A stretch of 64,000 nucleotides of DNA from NCBI GenBank assembly GCA_963764165.1, contig CAVXRD010000002.1, forward strand, positions 128,001 to 192,000, given 5' to 3'. The stretch comes from an uncultured Verrucomicrobiae bacterium (lineage in GTDB: Bacteria > Verrucomicrobiota > Verrucomicrobiia > Limisphaerales > Palsa-1400). The notes below the pieces were generated by a model, which was not told where the DNA came from, did no database searches, and saw only the letters and a program-made list of their open reading frames with translations. Shown piece after piece: positions 20,386 to 31,964 of this stretch. Both the position numbers and the translations under genes were made by a program. Within the stretch, counting starts at the first letter, position 1. Every line of letters starts with the position of its first letter.

Positions 20386-20573
20386 GTTAAGTCCTCCACC
20401 AACAATTCACAGAAAACAGCGCCCGCCATCCCTCCTTGCTCTTGAATCTGTCAACCAATGGCGACGTGCCTTTCTTTTGTGTGGCCAAACATTGTCGCAG
20501 TTAAGCGGCGAATGAAATGGGAATTCCGGCGCACACCCATGTGCGTTGCCATGCACACTCCCAGAGGAGGCAA

Positions 20574-20709
20574 GCCACAGAATTACACAAATCAACACAG
20601 ATAAATCTGATTCAGGCGAAGCTGGACGATGTCAATTGATCCCCACGCATCTGCGCGATGGGCGGCCTCCGGTCCTAAAATTCTGTGTTGATCTGGGTAA
20701 ATCTGTGGC
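20574..20709. repeat. CACAGAT-type periodic inverted repeat
   Basis: GCCACAGAATTACACAAATCAACACAGA with inverted TCTGTGTTGATCTGGGTAAATCTGTGGC; copies at 31883 and 51742-51882. Confidence 0.8.
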
Positions 20710-20760
20710 CAAGTTCTTTGTGCTGACTTGCCTCCGCGAAAATGATATTGCTCGGACAGC

Positions 20761-22215
20761 GTGAATTTCCTTTATCGCCTCATTGACTTTTGGCCGCATG
20801 CCGTGGCGGTGCTGACGTTAATTGCGGCGGGCTTGGCCTCCGCGCATGCCATCCTCAACAAACGCGATACCCGCGCTGCGGTGTTGTGGATCGGATTCAT
20901 CTGCCTGCTCCCCGCGCTGGGCCCCGCGCTCTATCTCGTGCTCGGAGTCAATCGCGTGCGGCGAAAGGCGGTTCTTTTGCGCGGCGCCTCGAATCGCCCG
21001 CAGGGATCACCGCCGCCGGAAACGGTTTCCGAGCACGAGAATCAGCGTCTTCCTGAATGCGCCGCGCATCTCGAACAACTGTCGCACGCCGTCCAAAATA
21101 TTGTGCGCCGTCCGCTGGTGGCGGGCAACTCGGTCGAGCCGCTGGTGAACGGCGACGCCGCGTATCCCGTCATGCTGGAGGCCATCGAACAGGCCAGGAG
21201 CACCATCGGCCTGTCGACGTATATATTTGACAACGACAGCAACGGTCGTATTTTTGTTGACGCCCTCAGCCGCGCCGTGAAGCGGGGAGTTCAAGTGCGC
21301 GTCATTATCGACGCCGCCGGAACGCATTATTCCGTGCCGTCCATCACCCATGCGCTTCATCGCGAGCGCGTGCCATACGGAAGATTCCTGCCTACGATGG
21401 CTCCATGGCGGCTCGGAACCATGAACCTCAGGAATCACCGCAAGCTCATGGTGGTCGATGGCGTTCTCGGATTCACTGGCGGGATGAATTTGCGCGAGGG
21501 CAATCTCGTGAAGAAAAATCCCAAGAAGCCCGTCCGCGATCTGCATTTTCGCCTGGCAGGTCCGGTGGTGGCGCAGTTGCAGGAAGCGTTCGTCAACGAC
21601 TGGGCCTTCGTGAAAGGCGAACCACTTTCGGGCGCTGCATGGTTTCCGTCGCTCGTGCCGAAGGGGGATGTTTTATCCCGCGCGATTCCGGACGGCCCGG
21701 ACGAAGATTTTGAAAAGCTTCGCTGGACAATCCTGGCCGCGCTTTCCTGCGCGCGCGATTCGGTGAAAATTGTCACGCCATACTTCCTGCCCGATCCCGC
21801 CATCGTCTCGGCATTAAACCTGGCCGCTCTGCGCGGCGTGAAAGTCGACATCGTCCTGCCTGGCCGCAGCAATTTGCCTTACGTCGATTGGGCTTCGCGG
21901 GCGATGTGGTGGCAGGTGCTCGAGCGCGGCTGCAACATCTGGCTCGGCCCGCCGCCCTTTGATCATTCCAAACTGATGCTTGTCGACGGCCAATGGTCGC
22001 TAGTCGGGTCCGGCAACTGGGACACGCGCAGCCTCCGCTTAAACTTCGAATTCAACCTCGAATGCTATTGTCCCAATCTCGCCCACGCGCTGGAAGGAGT
22101 TTTCCAAAGCAAGCTGCAAGGAGCCCGGCAGGCCACGCAAGCCGAGGTGGATGCCAGGCGGACATTGGTGAAATTGCGGGACGGGGCGGTGCGGCTGCTG
22201 GATCCATTTTTGTAA
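20761..22215 (+). CDS. cls: Cardiolipin synthase (PLD family)
   Basis: Two N-terminal TM helices; two HKD motifs (NHRKLMVVDG, DHSKLMLVDG); RSLRLNFE. Confidence 0.92.
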   Translation: MNFLYRLIDFWPHAVAVLTLIAAGLASAHAILNKRDTRAAVLWIGFICLLPALGPALYLVLGVNRVRRKAVLLRGASNRPQGSPPPETVSEHENQRLPECAAHLEQLSHAVQNIVRRPLVAGNSVEPLVNGDAAYPVMLEAIEQARSTIGLSTYIFDNDSNGRIFVDALSRAVKRGVQVRVIIDAAGTHYSVPSITHALHRERVPYGRFLPTMAPWRLGTMNLRNHRKLMVVDGVLGFTGGMNLREGNLVKKNPKKPVRDLHFRLAGPVVAQLQEAFVNDWAFVKGEPLSGAAWFPSLVPKGDVLSRAIPDGPDEDFEKLRWTILAALSCARDSVKIVTPYFLPDPAIVSALNLAALRGVKVDIVLPGRSNLPYVDWASRAMWWQVLERGCNIWLGPPPFDHSKLMLVDGQWSLVGSGNWDTRSLRLNFEFNLECYCPNLAHALEGVFQSKLQGARQATQAEVDARRTLVKLRDGAVRLLDPFL

Positions 22216-22232
22216 CTAATCGACTGCAGCAC

Positions 22233-22601
22233 ATGATTGAAATTGAATCATTCTTGGGACAGCAGGTAGGCGGAGTTTTTATCATTTCTGAAATTGATTT
22301 TACAGACCAGCCAATGGTTGATGCCTTGGGTGTTGAGGCGATTGCGCAGACACGAATCGTGGGGCGGAAATTCAGTTTGGCTATTCGTTCAAGCCTGCCA
22401 GAAGACGAGTTGTCCATCACTTTATATCATGAAATCCTTGAAGCCGCGACCGTAGCGGCGATTCATCCTCCGGATAGCGTTTGCGAACTGAACGAAGCGG
22501 GGTTTGAAGCAGCAGCGAAACGCGCCCAACAAACGTGGGGTGACGTCTCGGTTGAGAACCTGAATCGAATGTTGCAATTTTACGGATTTCGGGAAGAATA
22601 G
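22233..22601 (+). CDS. Hypothetical protein with zincin-like HExxE motif
   Basis: 122 aa from ATG 22233; ITLYHEILEA; AT-richer DNA. Confidence 0.65.
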   Translation: MIEIESFLGQQVGGVFIISEIDFTDQPMVDALGVEAIAQTRIVGRKFSLAIRSSLPEDELSITLYHEILEAATVAAIHPPDSVCELNEAGFEAAAKRAQQTWGDVSVENLNRMLQFYGFREE

Positions 22602-22606
22602 AAACG

Positions 22607-22804
22607 ATGGTTGATCATGACAGAATTCAATTGGAGTTGGTCAAACTGCGGGACGGGGCGCGAATTCTTAGACTCACAGATCCGCAATCAGGTTTGTCTT
22701 TGGAATCGACGCTCAAGACCTCCGAGGCGGTTGTCCGCCAAAAAGACCGCCTGCTTCAAATTTTTGACGCCGCACTGGCTCGCGCTGAACTGATCGGCGC
22801 ATAA
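22607..22804 (+). CDS. Small hypothetical protein
   Basis: 65 aa, starting 5 nt after the previous stop. Confidence 0.55.
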   Translation: MVDHDRIQLELVKLRDGARILRLTDPQSGLSLESTLKTSEAVVRQKDRLLQIFDAALARAELIGA

Positions 22805-22841
22805 GAGGCTTGATGTTGGAGAAATGACCGCCGGGCGTGTC

Positions 22842-22903
22842 ATGCTTGACGACGCCAATGGTCGCTGGTCGGTTCCGGCACTGGGAGACGCGCAGCATCC
22901 GCT
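22842..22903 (+). pseudogene. Degenerate duplicated fragment of cls (second HKD region)
   Basis: Aligns to 21976-22039 at 57/64 positions with two 1-nt gaps. Confidence 0.8.
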
Positions 22904-22947
22904 AGCTACGCGTTTGCGCCGGTTCTTTAGTTGAGCGCACGTTACAA

Positions 22948-23295
22948 GTGAGAGCGAATTTACAAATTGGATTTGAGCTTTTTCTCGGCGCGTGCATCGT
23001 CGGGTGCTTATTTCTTGTAATTCGAGAGAGCAATCGTCGCTCCCTATCGATTCTTCGGGAGTGGGCTCGTGAAAACGAGTTTGAGATTTTAGAGTGGAAA
23101 CGACCGCTCAATTCAGGGGGATTTCGATGGTGGACGACGTCACGAAACCAAGCTGTTTATTCTGTTTCGATTAGGGATAGTCTTGGTCGTGTGCGATCTG
23201 GTTGGGTCAGATGCGGGAGTTGGTTTGCAGGAATTTGGTTTAGCGATCAAGCGGAGGTGCGCTGGAATGAGTCGTCCTCTGGCGGCAATGGATGA
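22948..23295 (+). CDS. Membrane-anchored hypothetical protein
   Basis: 115 aa, N-terminal TM, Trp-rich (GWVRCGSWF); stop overlaps the next ATG. Confidence 0.65.
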   Translation: MRANLQIGFELFLGACIVGCLFLVIRESNRRSLSILREWARENEFEILEWKRPLNSGGFRWWTTSRNQAVYSVSIRDSLGRVRSGWVRCGSWFAGIWFSDQAEVRWNESSSGGNG

Positions 23296-26200
23296 GTTTA
23301 ATTCGTTCCAATTTGAAATTCTACGCCCGCAGCCATATTGGCACTCTGCTTGGCGTTGCGGTATCGACGGCGATCTTGGTGGGCGCTCTGGCCATTGGCG
23401 ATTGCGTGCGCGAGAGTTTGCGCGATATGGCTCTGGCGCGGATCGGTCGCGCTACGTATGTCCTCGGATCGGGCGATCGATTTTTCCGCTCGGCTTTGGA
23501 GGATTCTTTTACGAATTCGGCTGCGTTGCTGGTTTTGCCAGGCACGGCTGCCTTGCCTGATGATTCTGCCCGTGCCAATCACGTTCAAATTCTGGGCGTC
23601 GATGCGCATTTTTGGAATTTGGCAGAAAAGCCCGAGGCCGAAAAAATCGCGCCCGATTCGGTTGTCCTCAATGAAGCGCTCGCCAAACAGTTGCGCACCA
23701 AGATCGGCGATACGGTCGTGCTGCATGTCCAGAAGCCATCGCTGCTTTCGCAGGAAGCGCCGATTTCTCCGCGCGAAGACGTGGCCGCGGGTTTGCGCCT
23801 CGCGGTCAGCGCGATTGTTCCGGATGCGGACTTCGGGCGATTCGGATTGCAGGCGAATATTGCCTCGCCGCTCAATGCATTCGTTCCGCTCGATTGGCTC
23901 CAAGGCAAAGTCGACCAGACCAACCGCGCAAATCTATTATTGACTTCCGATAGCGGCAAAGCGCCGGATTTGAAAGCACATTGGAACTTGGCGGACGCGG
24001 GTTTGGAATGGCGCGATGTGCCGGGTGGCGGTCTGGAGTTGCGTTCCGGGCGCGTGTTCATTGATCGCGACATTGTCGATGCCGCCGCTGGGAATCCGAA
24101 TTTAGTACTGACATACTTTGTCAACGAACTGCGCGATGGCCAGAAATCCACGCCTTACTCGATGGTTGCCGCCGCCGGAGCACCGCTCACGCCGTCCGGC
24201 ATGAAGGACGACGAAATTGTCCTGAACCAATGGCTGGCGGACGATTTGCAAGCCAAGCCCGGCGATTCGCTTAAGCTGACTTACTTCGTTCTGGGAAACA
24301 CGCATCGCCTTGAAACCAGGCAGGACGAGTTTCGCGTTCGCGGCATTTCACCGATGGACGGCCCGACGGCGGACCGCACCTTGATGCCGGATTTTCCGGG
24401 AATTGCCAAGGCGGAGAAGACGGAGAATTGGGACGCGGGCTTCGCCATCGACATGAAAAAAATCCGCCCCAAGGACGAAGCGTATTGGAAACAATATCGC
24501 GGCACTCCCAAGGCATTCGTCACGCTCGCGGCTGGCCGGCGGATGTGGAAGAACCGCTTTGGCGACGTGACGGCGATTCGCTTCCCATCGGGAACCTCAC
24601 GGGAGGAAATCGAGCGCGGCATGCTGGCGAAATTGGACCCGAATGCGCTCGGTTTGAAATTCATCTCCATTCGCGAGCAGGCGCTGGCGGCCAGTTCGCA
24701 GGCGGAGGATTTCGGCGGATTGTTCATTGGCTTCAGTTTCTTCCTTGTCGTCGCGGCGCTGATTTTGCTGGCTTTGCTCTTTCACTTCGCACTGGAAAAA
24801 CGCGCCACGGAAATTGGCATTCTGCTCGCGCTTGGCTGGCGGCCAAGAGAGGTTCGGCGGCTGCTGATGCGCGAAGGCGTTGTCATCGCAGCGGCCGGCA
24901 GCGTATTAGGAATCGCGGGCGGAATTCTTTACGCGAAGGGCATTTTATTTGGCCTCACCACTCTCTGGCGCGAAGCTGTGGCGGAATCGCCGCTCAAGTT
25001 TCACGTGACCGGCGAAACTCTGGCGACGGGCGGCGTCTGCGGAATTCTCGTTAGTATGCTGGTAATCTGGCTGGCCGTGCGCGGCCAGACCAAACGTCCC
25101 GCGCGGGAATTGCTCGAACAGGGGAATGAAATGGAACGCTCAGTGGCGAACGTAAAGCGAAAACGGAATTGGGCCGGCTGGCTCTCCGCGGTCTCTGGAC
25201 TTGGCGCGTTGGCGTTGGTCGCTTCTTCATTAAGCAAACACAACACTGCGGATGTGGAATCGTTTTTCGGCGCGGGAACTTTATTTTTGATCGCGGCGGT
25301 GGCGGGGGCAGCGGTTTGGATTCGCCGTCTCGGGGCGCGGGAAGGTTCGCGTCCGCTGACGCTGACGAGCCTCGGCATTCGCAGTTGCACGCGGCAACGG
25401 CGCCGGAGCGTCGCCATTGTGGCGTTGCTGGCCAGCGGCGCGTTCATTATTGCCGCCATCCAGGCCAACAAATTGGACGCCACCACCGAAACTGGCCGTT
25501 CGTCGGGAACAGGTGGATTCGCCTTCATCGGCCAATCCGCTTTGCCCATTGTGCAGGATTTGAACACGCCGGCAGGCCGCGAGTTTTTCTCGCTGGAAGA
25601 CAGTGCATTGAAGAATGTGTCCGTCGTTGCGTGCCGCGTTCACGATGGCGACGATGCAAGCTGCCTTAATTTGAACCGCGCGCAATCGCCGCAATTGCTC
25701 GGAGTGGACGCGGCAGAATTGCAAAAGCGCGGCGCATTCACCTTTTCGCAATTGGCCGACAGTTCGTTGAAGAAAAGCCCGTGGGATTCGCTCGCACAAT
25801 CTGGAGCCACCGACGAAGTTCCGGCCATTGGCGACGACGCAACGATTACCTGGGCGCTCCACAAAAAACTAGGCGACACTGTCAATTACGCCGACGAGCA
25901 TGGCCACGCTTTCAAAGTTCGGCTGGTCGGGGCGCTGGCCAATTCAATTTTGCAAGGGAGCCTCATTATTTCCGAATCGAATTTCGTCCGCCACTTCCCC
26001 GGGGAGGCCGGTTACCGCATGTTCCTGGTTGACGCGCCCGCGCCGGATGCGGCAGCCGTGTCAAGCGCACTGACGCGTGGCTTGCGAGACCGCGGACTTG
26101 AATTGACGCCGGCCGCGGAACGTCTCAACGCCTTCAACGCCGTGCAGAATACATACCTCGACACTTTTGAAGTTCTGGGCGGATTGGGATTGTTGCTGGG

Positions 26201-26531
26201 GAGCCTCGGGCTTGGTGTGGTCGTGATGCGCAATGTGCTCGAGCGCCGCCAGCAATTGGCTCTGCTGAGAGCCGTCGGCTATTCACCGGGCGCGCTGCGC
26301 AAACTCGTGGTAGTCGAGCACGCCGCGCTCCAAATTCTCGGTCTCGCGGTGGGCGTGGCGGCTGCTCTTGTCGCGCTCCTGCCGGTCTTGCTTTCGCCCT
26401 CGTCCCGCTTATCTTATTTTTCGCTGGCTGCGATGCTTGGGTTGGTGCTGTTGAGCGGCCTGTTTTGGACTTGGGCGGCGGCGCGGCTTGCCCTGCGCGG
26501 GGAATTGCTGCCTGCGTTGCGAAACGAATAA
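23292..26531 (+). CDS. Large FtsX/MacB-type ABC transporter permease with duplicated permease domains
   Basis: Two FtsX-like blocks (EKRATEIGILLALGW, ERRQQLALLRAVGY) and large periplasmic loops. Confidence 0.88.
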   Translation: MSLIRSNLKFYARSHIGTLLGVAVSTAILVGALAIGDCVRESLRDMALARIGRATYVLGSGDRFFRSALEDSFTNSAALLVLPGTAALPDDSARANHVQILGVDAHFWNLAEKPEAEKIAPDSVVLNEALAKQLRTKIGDTVVLHVQKPSLLSQEAPISPREDVAAGLRLAVSAIVPDADFGRFGLQANIASPLNAFVPLDWLQGKVDQTNRANLLLTSDSGKAPDLKAHWNLADAGLEWRDVPGGGLELRSGRVFIDRDIVDAAAGNPNLVLTYFVNELRDGQKSTPYSMVAAAGAPLTPSGMKDDEIVLNQWLADDLQAKPGDSLKLTYFVLGNTHRLETRQDEFRVRGISPMDGPTADRTLMPDFPGIAKAEKTENWDAGFAIDMKKIRPKDEAYWKQYRGTPKAFVTLAAGRRMWKNRFGDVTAIRFPSGTSREEIERGMLAKLDPNALGLKFISIREQALAASSQAEDFGGLFIGFSFFLVVAALILLALLFHFALEKRATEIGILLALGWRPREVRRLLMREGVVIAAAGSVLGIAGGILYAKGILFGLTTLWREAVAESPLKFHVTGETLATGGVCGILVSMLVIWLAVRGQTKRPARELLEQGNEMERSVANVKRKRNWAGWLSAVSGLGALALVASSLSKHNTADVESFFGAGTLFLIAAVAGAAVWIRRLGAREGSRPLTLTSLGIRSCTRQRRRSVAIVALLASGAFIIAAIQANKLDATTETGRSSGTGGFAFIGQSALPIVQDLNTPAGREFFSLEDSALKNVSVVACRVHDGDDASCLNLNRAQSPQLLGVDAAELQKRGAFTFSQLADSSLKKSPWDSLAQSGATDEVPAIGDDATITWALHKKLGDTVNYADEHGHAFKVRLVGALANSILQGSLIISESNFVRHFPGEAGYRMFLVDAPAPDAAAVSSALTRGLRDRGLELTPAAERLNAFNAVQNTYLDTFEVLGGLGLLLGSLGLGVVVMRNVLERRQQLALLRAVGYSPGALRKLVVVEHAALQILGLAVGVAAALVALLPVLLSPSSRLSYFSLAAMLGLVLLSGLFWTWAAARLALRGELLPALRNE

Positions 26532-26544
26532 TTTTTGACACGAC

Positions 26545-27183
26545 ATGAAATTGCTCACTGCCATCGCGGTTCTGGTTTTCGCGGCTTCTCCTGTTTTCGC
26601 GGACGATGCGGGAAAAACGCTTTTCTCCAACAATTTTGAAAAAGCGGAAGTCGGCCCCGCTCCGCAGGATTTTCTTGTGCTTGATGGCGATTTTTCGGTC
26701 AAAGAAAGCGATGGCAATAAATTCCTCGAATTGCCCGGCGCGCCTCTGGACACGTTCGGCGTCCTGTTCGGCCCGACGACGAACGCGGGCGTGTGCGTCA
26801 GCGCGCGCATTTTTGGAACCAGCAAGGGACGGCGATTCCCTCAATTCGGAGTCGGGCTGGACGGGCAGAATGGTTTCAAATTAAAAATTCTTCCTGCGAA
26901 AGACACGCTGGAAATCTATCGCGGCGACGACTCAGTCGCCTCTGTTCCGTTCCACTGGAAAAGTGGTGAATGGACAGTGTTCAAATTGCAAATTCGCCAG
27001 GCTGATGCATCGACTTGGAAAGTCGAAGGCAAAGCGTGGCCGCAATCCGGAACAGAACCCGCGGCGTGGATGGTTTCGTTTGTCGACAAAACTGCTCCGA
27101 GGCCTGGACGCCCATCCATCTGGGGCAGCCCCGTTTCCGGCACGCCGATCCGATTTGATGATCTAGTATTGACTTCAGAATAG
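26545..27183 (+). CDS. Secreted beta-sandwich (ConA/LamG-like) hypothetical protein
   Basis: Signal peptide, beta-rich sequence, KAWPQSGTEPAAW and IRFDDL motifs. Confidence 0.7.
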   Translation: MKLLTAIAVLVFAASPVFADDAGKTLFSNNFEKAEVGPAPQDFLVLDGDFSVKESDGNKFLELPGAPLDTFGVLFGPTTNAGVCVSARIFGTSKGRRFPQFGVGLDGQNGFKLKILPAKDTLEIYRGDDSVASVPFHWKSGEWTVFKLQIRQADASTWKVEGKAWPQSGTEPAAWMVSFVDKTAPRPGRPSIWGSPVSGTPIRFDDLVLTSE

Positions 27184-27200
27184 CGGAATTCGATCTGTTT

Positions 27201-27307
27201 TCGCGAAGCGAGGCAGGGAACGCCTCGGCGAGGCGTCCGAGGCCGTGGGGTTTTTCGAACGCGTTCGGACTCGCGAATGTCCCCGGACGCCTCGGCGAGG
27301 CGTCCCT
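27201..27307. repeat. REP doublet, family A
   Basis: Two copies of the palindrome (GG)ACGCCTCGGCGAGGCGTCC; same family at 46417-46531 and 50388-50553. Confidence 0.85.
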
Positions 27308-28854
27308 TTAACGGAAAGTAGGGTTTCACCCCCCATTGACTCTTCTCCTTTGCAGGCGAACGATGCTATTGGCCGGGCTGGTTCCCCAATATGGCTACCG
27401 GGCAACATTCATATGAACGAAACACAGGCACACAAAAGCTTCTGGTACGATCTGGCCAACGGGCTATCTGCCATTTTTGGGAAATGTCTGGAAAGCATTT
27501 TTGGCCCAGCAGTGACTCAGCCCGCTTTTGGCAAATTGACGTGGGAGGATATTGCCACTGTCGTGGCGATCATCCTTCTGCTCCTTCTGGCGCATGGCAT
27601 CGCCGCGCTGTATCTCCGCAAGAAGATGAAGGCGGCGGCCAGTTCGGAAACGAAGGAATTGCCATGGCATCAATTTGCCTTTGTGCTGGCAAAGCCGCTC
27701 TACGCTTTCATTTGGGTGGGCGGAATCTATCTGGCCGTGGCGATCATCTTTCGCAGAGTTTTCCCGCCTTCCAATGCCGAGGCTTCCCTCCGCGTTCTTG
27801 GCACGATTATAGACATTGGCGTGTTCCTCATTTCCTTCTGGCTATTCATTCGTTTGACAAGATTGCTTGAGGCGCGCCTCACAGCCTGGTCCGTCAAGCG
27901 CGGGAGCAAAATCGATCAATTGTTCGTCCCGCTGCTTGGGAAATGCCTGCGCGTCATCGTGCCGGTTGTCGCGGTGATTCTGGCCTTGCCGGTGATTGGT
28001 TTGCCCGCGGAATATGCGGGTTTTGTCACCAAGGGAACGAGCATTCTGCTCATTGTGGCGGTGGCGGTGATTTTGTTTCAGGCCATCGGGCTGGGAGAGA
28101 ATGTCGTCCTGCTGAAATTCGACATCACCACGGCGGACAATCTGCAAGCCCGCAAAATTCGGACCCAGGTGCAGGTCATGTCGAAGACGGCTTATTTCCT
28201 CATTGGACTTTTCACCATAGCGTCGATTTTGATGCTGTTCCAGGAAGTGCGCCATCTCGGCACCAGCTTGCTGGCCTCGGCGGGCGTGGTCGGAATCATT
28301 GTCGGTTTCGCTGCGCAGAAGACCATTGCCAATTTGTTCGCCGGTTTTCAAATCGCCCTTGCGCAACCCATCCGTCTTGATGACGTCGTTATCGTCGAAG
28401 GCGAATGGGGGCGCATTGAAGAAATTACTCTGACCTATGTGGTCATTCACATCTGGGATGACCGCCGATTGGTCGTGCCGCTGAGCGATTTTATCGAGAA
28501 GCCGTTTCAAAACTGGACGCGCACCTCAGCGGAATTGCTCGGCTCGGTGCTGTTGTGGGTCGATTACTCTCTGCCCGTTGCGGAAACCCGCGAAGCAACG
28601 CGCAAAATAGTGGAAAGTTGCGCCTTATGGGACAAACGTTTCTGGAATCTGCAAGTTTCCGACGCCACCGAGCACACGATGCAAATCCGCGTGCTCTGCA
28701 CCGCGGCGGATGCGTCCAAGGCGTGGGATTTGCGCTGCGAGGTGCGCGAGAAGCTCATCTCCTACATTCAAGATCATCACCCAAAGAGCCTGCCTCGCGT
28801 GCGCGCGGATTGGCAGCCGCCTGCTTCAACGAACGCCGGCAATCTGCCGCGCAC

Positions 28855-30411
<1,557 letters not shown>

Positions 30412-31800
30412 TTACAGCAAAAGTCGAGAGGCCACGGCATCCATGATTTCCACGGCGGATTCTAGCGCGTCGTCCTTGAGGTCGAGTGTCGGGCGCAAAC
30501 GGATCGAGCGTTCGCCGCACCGGAGCACGAACAAGCCGAGTTCATAGGCAGCGCTCCAGAACTTGTCGCGCGCCGCGCGATCGGGCAAATCAAACGCCAG
30601 CAGCAAACCCCGCCCGCGCACGGCGGTCATGGCGGGATGCTTCTTGGCGATTTGGCGAAGTTCCTCCACTAGACGCGCGCCTTGGATGCGCGCGTTTTCG
30701 ACGAGATTTTCCTCTTCGATAATCCGCAGAAAATGTGTCGAACGCACGAAGTCGCAAAAATTCGCGCCCCAGGTTGAATTGATGCGGCTGGGCAAACGAA
30801 AGACGTTGTCTTTCACCTCGTCCAACCGCGGTCCGGCCATGACGCCACAGACCTGCGCTTTTTTGCCGAAGACGAGCAAATCTGGCAGGACATCGAAATG
30901 CTGGCAGCACCAATTTTTCCCGGTGACACCCATGCCCGCCTGCACTTCGTCAAATATCAAAAGCATTTCGCTCTCATCGCAAATGCGCCGCAATGCGCGA
31001 AGCCACTCGCCACGAAAATGATTGTCGCCGCCTTCGCCTTGCACGGTTTCAATGATGATCGCGGCGATGTCCGTTCCACGCTCGGCGATGAATTTGCGAA
31101 TTTCCGATTCCGATTGCGCCTCCTTCGCCGCGACATTTTTTAAACGCTCATCTTCGGGAAGAGAGAAATCGAGGAACGGGGTGCTCACGCGCGGCCACGG
31201 AAATTTGGCGAACAAATCCGTCTTTCGCGGATCGGTATTCGTCAGACTCATCGTGTAGCCGCTGCGTCCGTGAAATGCTTTTTGAAAATGGAGAATTTCC
31301 GTGCCTCGCTCGCCGAGTCCGGCGGCGATGTTCTTGCGGACTTTCCAATCCATGGCCGCTTTGAGCGCGTTCTCAACCGCCAGAGATCCGCCGTCGATAA
31401 AAAAGTATCTCTCCAGCGGCGCGACTCCCATAACGCGAGCGAAAGTTTCAACGAACTCGGCGTAGGGGACGGAGTAAACGTCCGAATTGGCGATTTTCAA
31501 TTTCGCCGCCGCCAGCAAATCCGCCTGAACTGCAGGAGAGTCGAAATGCGGATGATTGAATCCAATCGGCATCGACGCGTAGAAGGAATAGAAGTCGATG
31601 AATTTTTTCCCTGTGACCGCATCGACGAGCGTGGAGCCCTTGCTCTTCTCCAAATCAATCACCAGTTTGAATCCATCGACGAGCAGATGTTTTTCCAATT
31701 CGGAAACAACCTGTTTCGGAGCGAGACTATGAGGCGTGAAAATAGCGCCCCGGGATTTTTTCCGGGGAGACGACGTTCTGACTGGCTGGACAGTGTGCAT
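30412..31800 (-). CDS. lat: L-lysine 6-transaminase
   Basis: Class III aminotransferase: LAVENALKAAMDWK, FHGRSGYTMSLTNT, QGEGGDNHF, FDEVQ, FGKK and SRINSTW. Confidence 0.9.
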   Translation of the reverse strand: MHTVQPVRTSSPRKKSRGAIFTPHSLAPKQVVSELEKHLLVDGFKLVIDLEKSKGSTLVDAVTGKKFIDFYSFYASMPIGFNHPHFDSPAVQADLLAAAKLKIANSDVYSVPYAEFVETFARVMGVAPLERYFFIDGGSLAVENALKAAMDWKVRKNIAAGLGERGTEILHFQKAFHGRSGYTMSLTNTDPRKTDLFAKFPWPRVSTPFLDFSLPEDERLKNVAAKEAQSESEIRKFIAERGTDIAAIIIETVQGEGGDNHFRGEWLRALRRICDESEMLLIFDEVQAGMGVTGKNWCCQHFDVLPDLLVFGKKAQVCGVMAGPRLDEVKDNVFRLPSRINSTWGANFCDFVRSTHFLRIIEEENLVENARIQGARLVEELRQIAKKHPAMTAVRGRGLLLAFDLPDRAARDKFWSAAYELGLFVLRCGERSIRLRPTLDLKDDALESAVEIMDAVASRLLL

Positions 31801-31882
31801 GGCAAACAATAATACAGCGTAACTTAAAACGCTGGAACCACAGGCGCAAGGGAATTACTGGCTGAAGATGGATAAATTTTTG

Positions 31883-31911
31883 GCCACAGATGGACACAGA
31901 TCAACACAGAT
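31883..31911. repeat. CACAGAT-type periodic repeat (half element)
   Basis: GCCACAGATGGACACAGATCAACACAGAT. Confidence 0.75.
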
Positions 31912-31964
31912 TATCGGATAGTAATTTATTTGACACATTACTCCCATTTCATCCCATGTGCCAA

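Noticed and set aside
27245..27412. N-terminal extension of mscS
   Set aside because: It runs through a REP doublet with no start support; ATG 27413 is more plausible.
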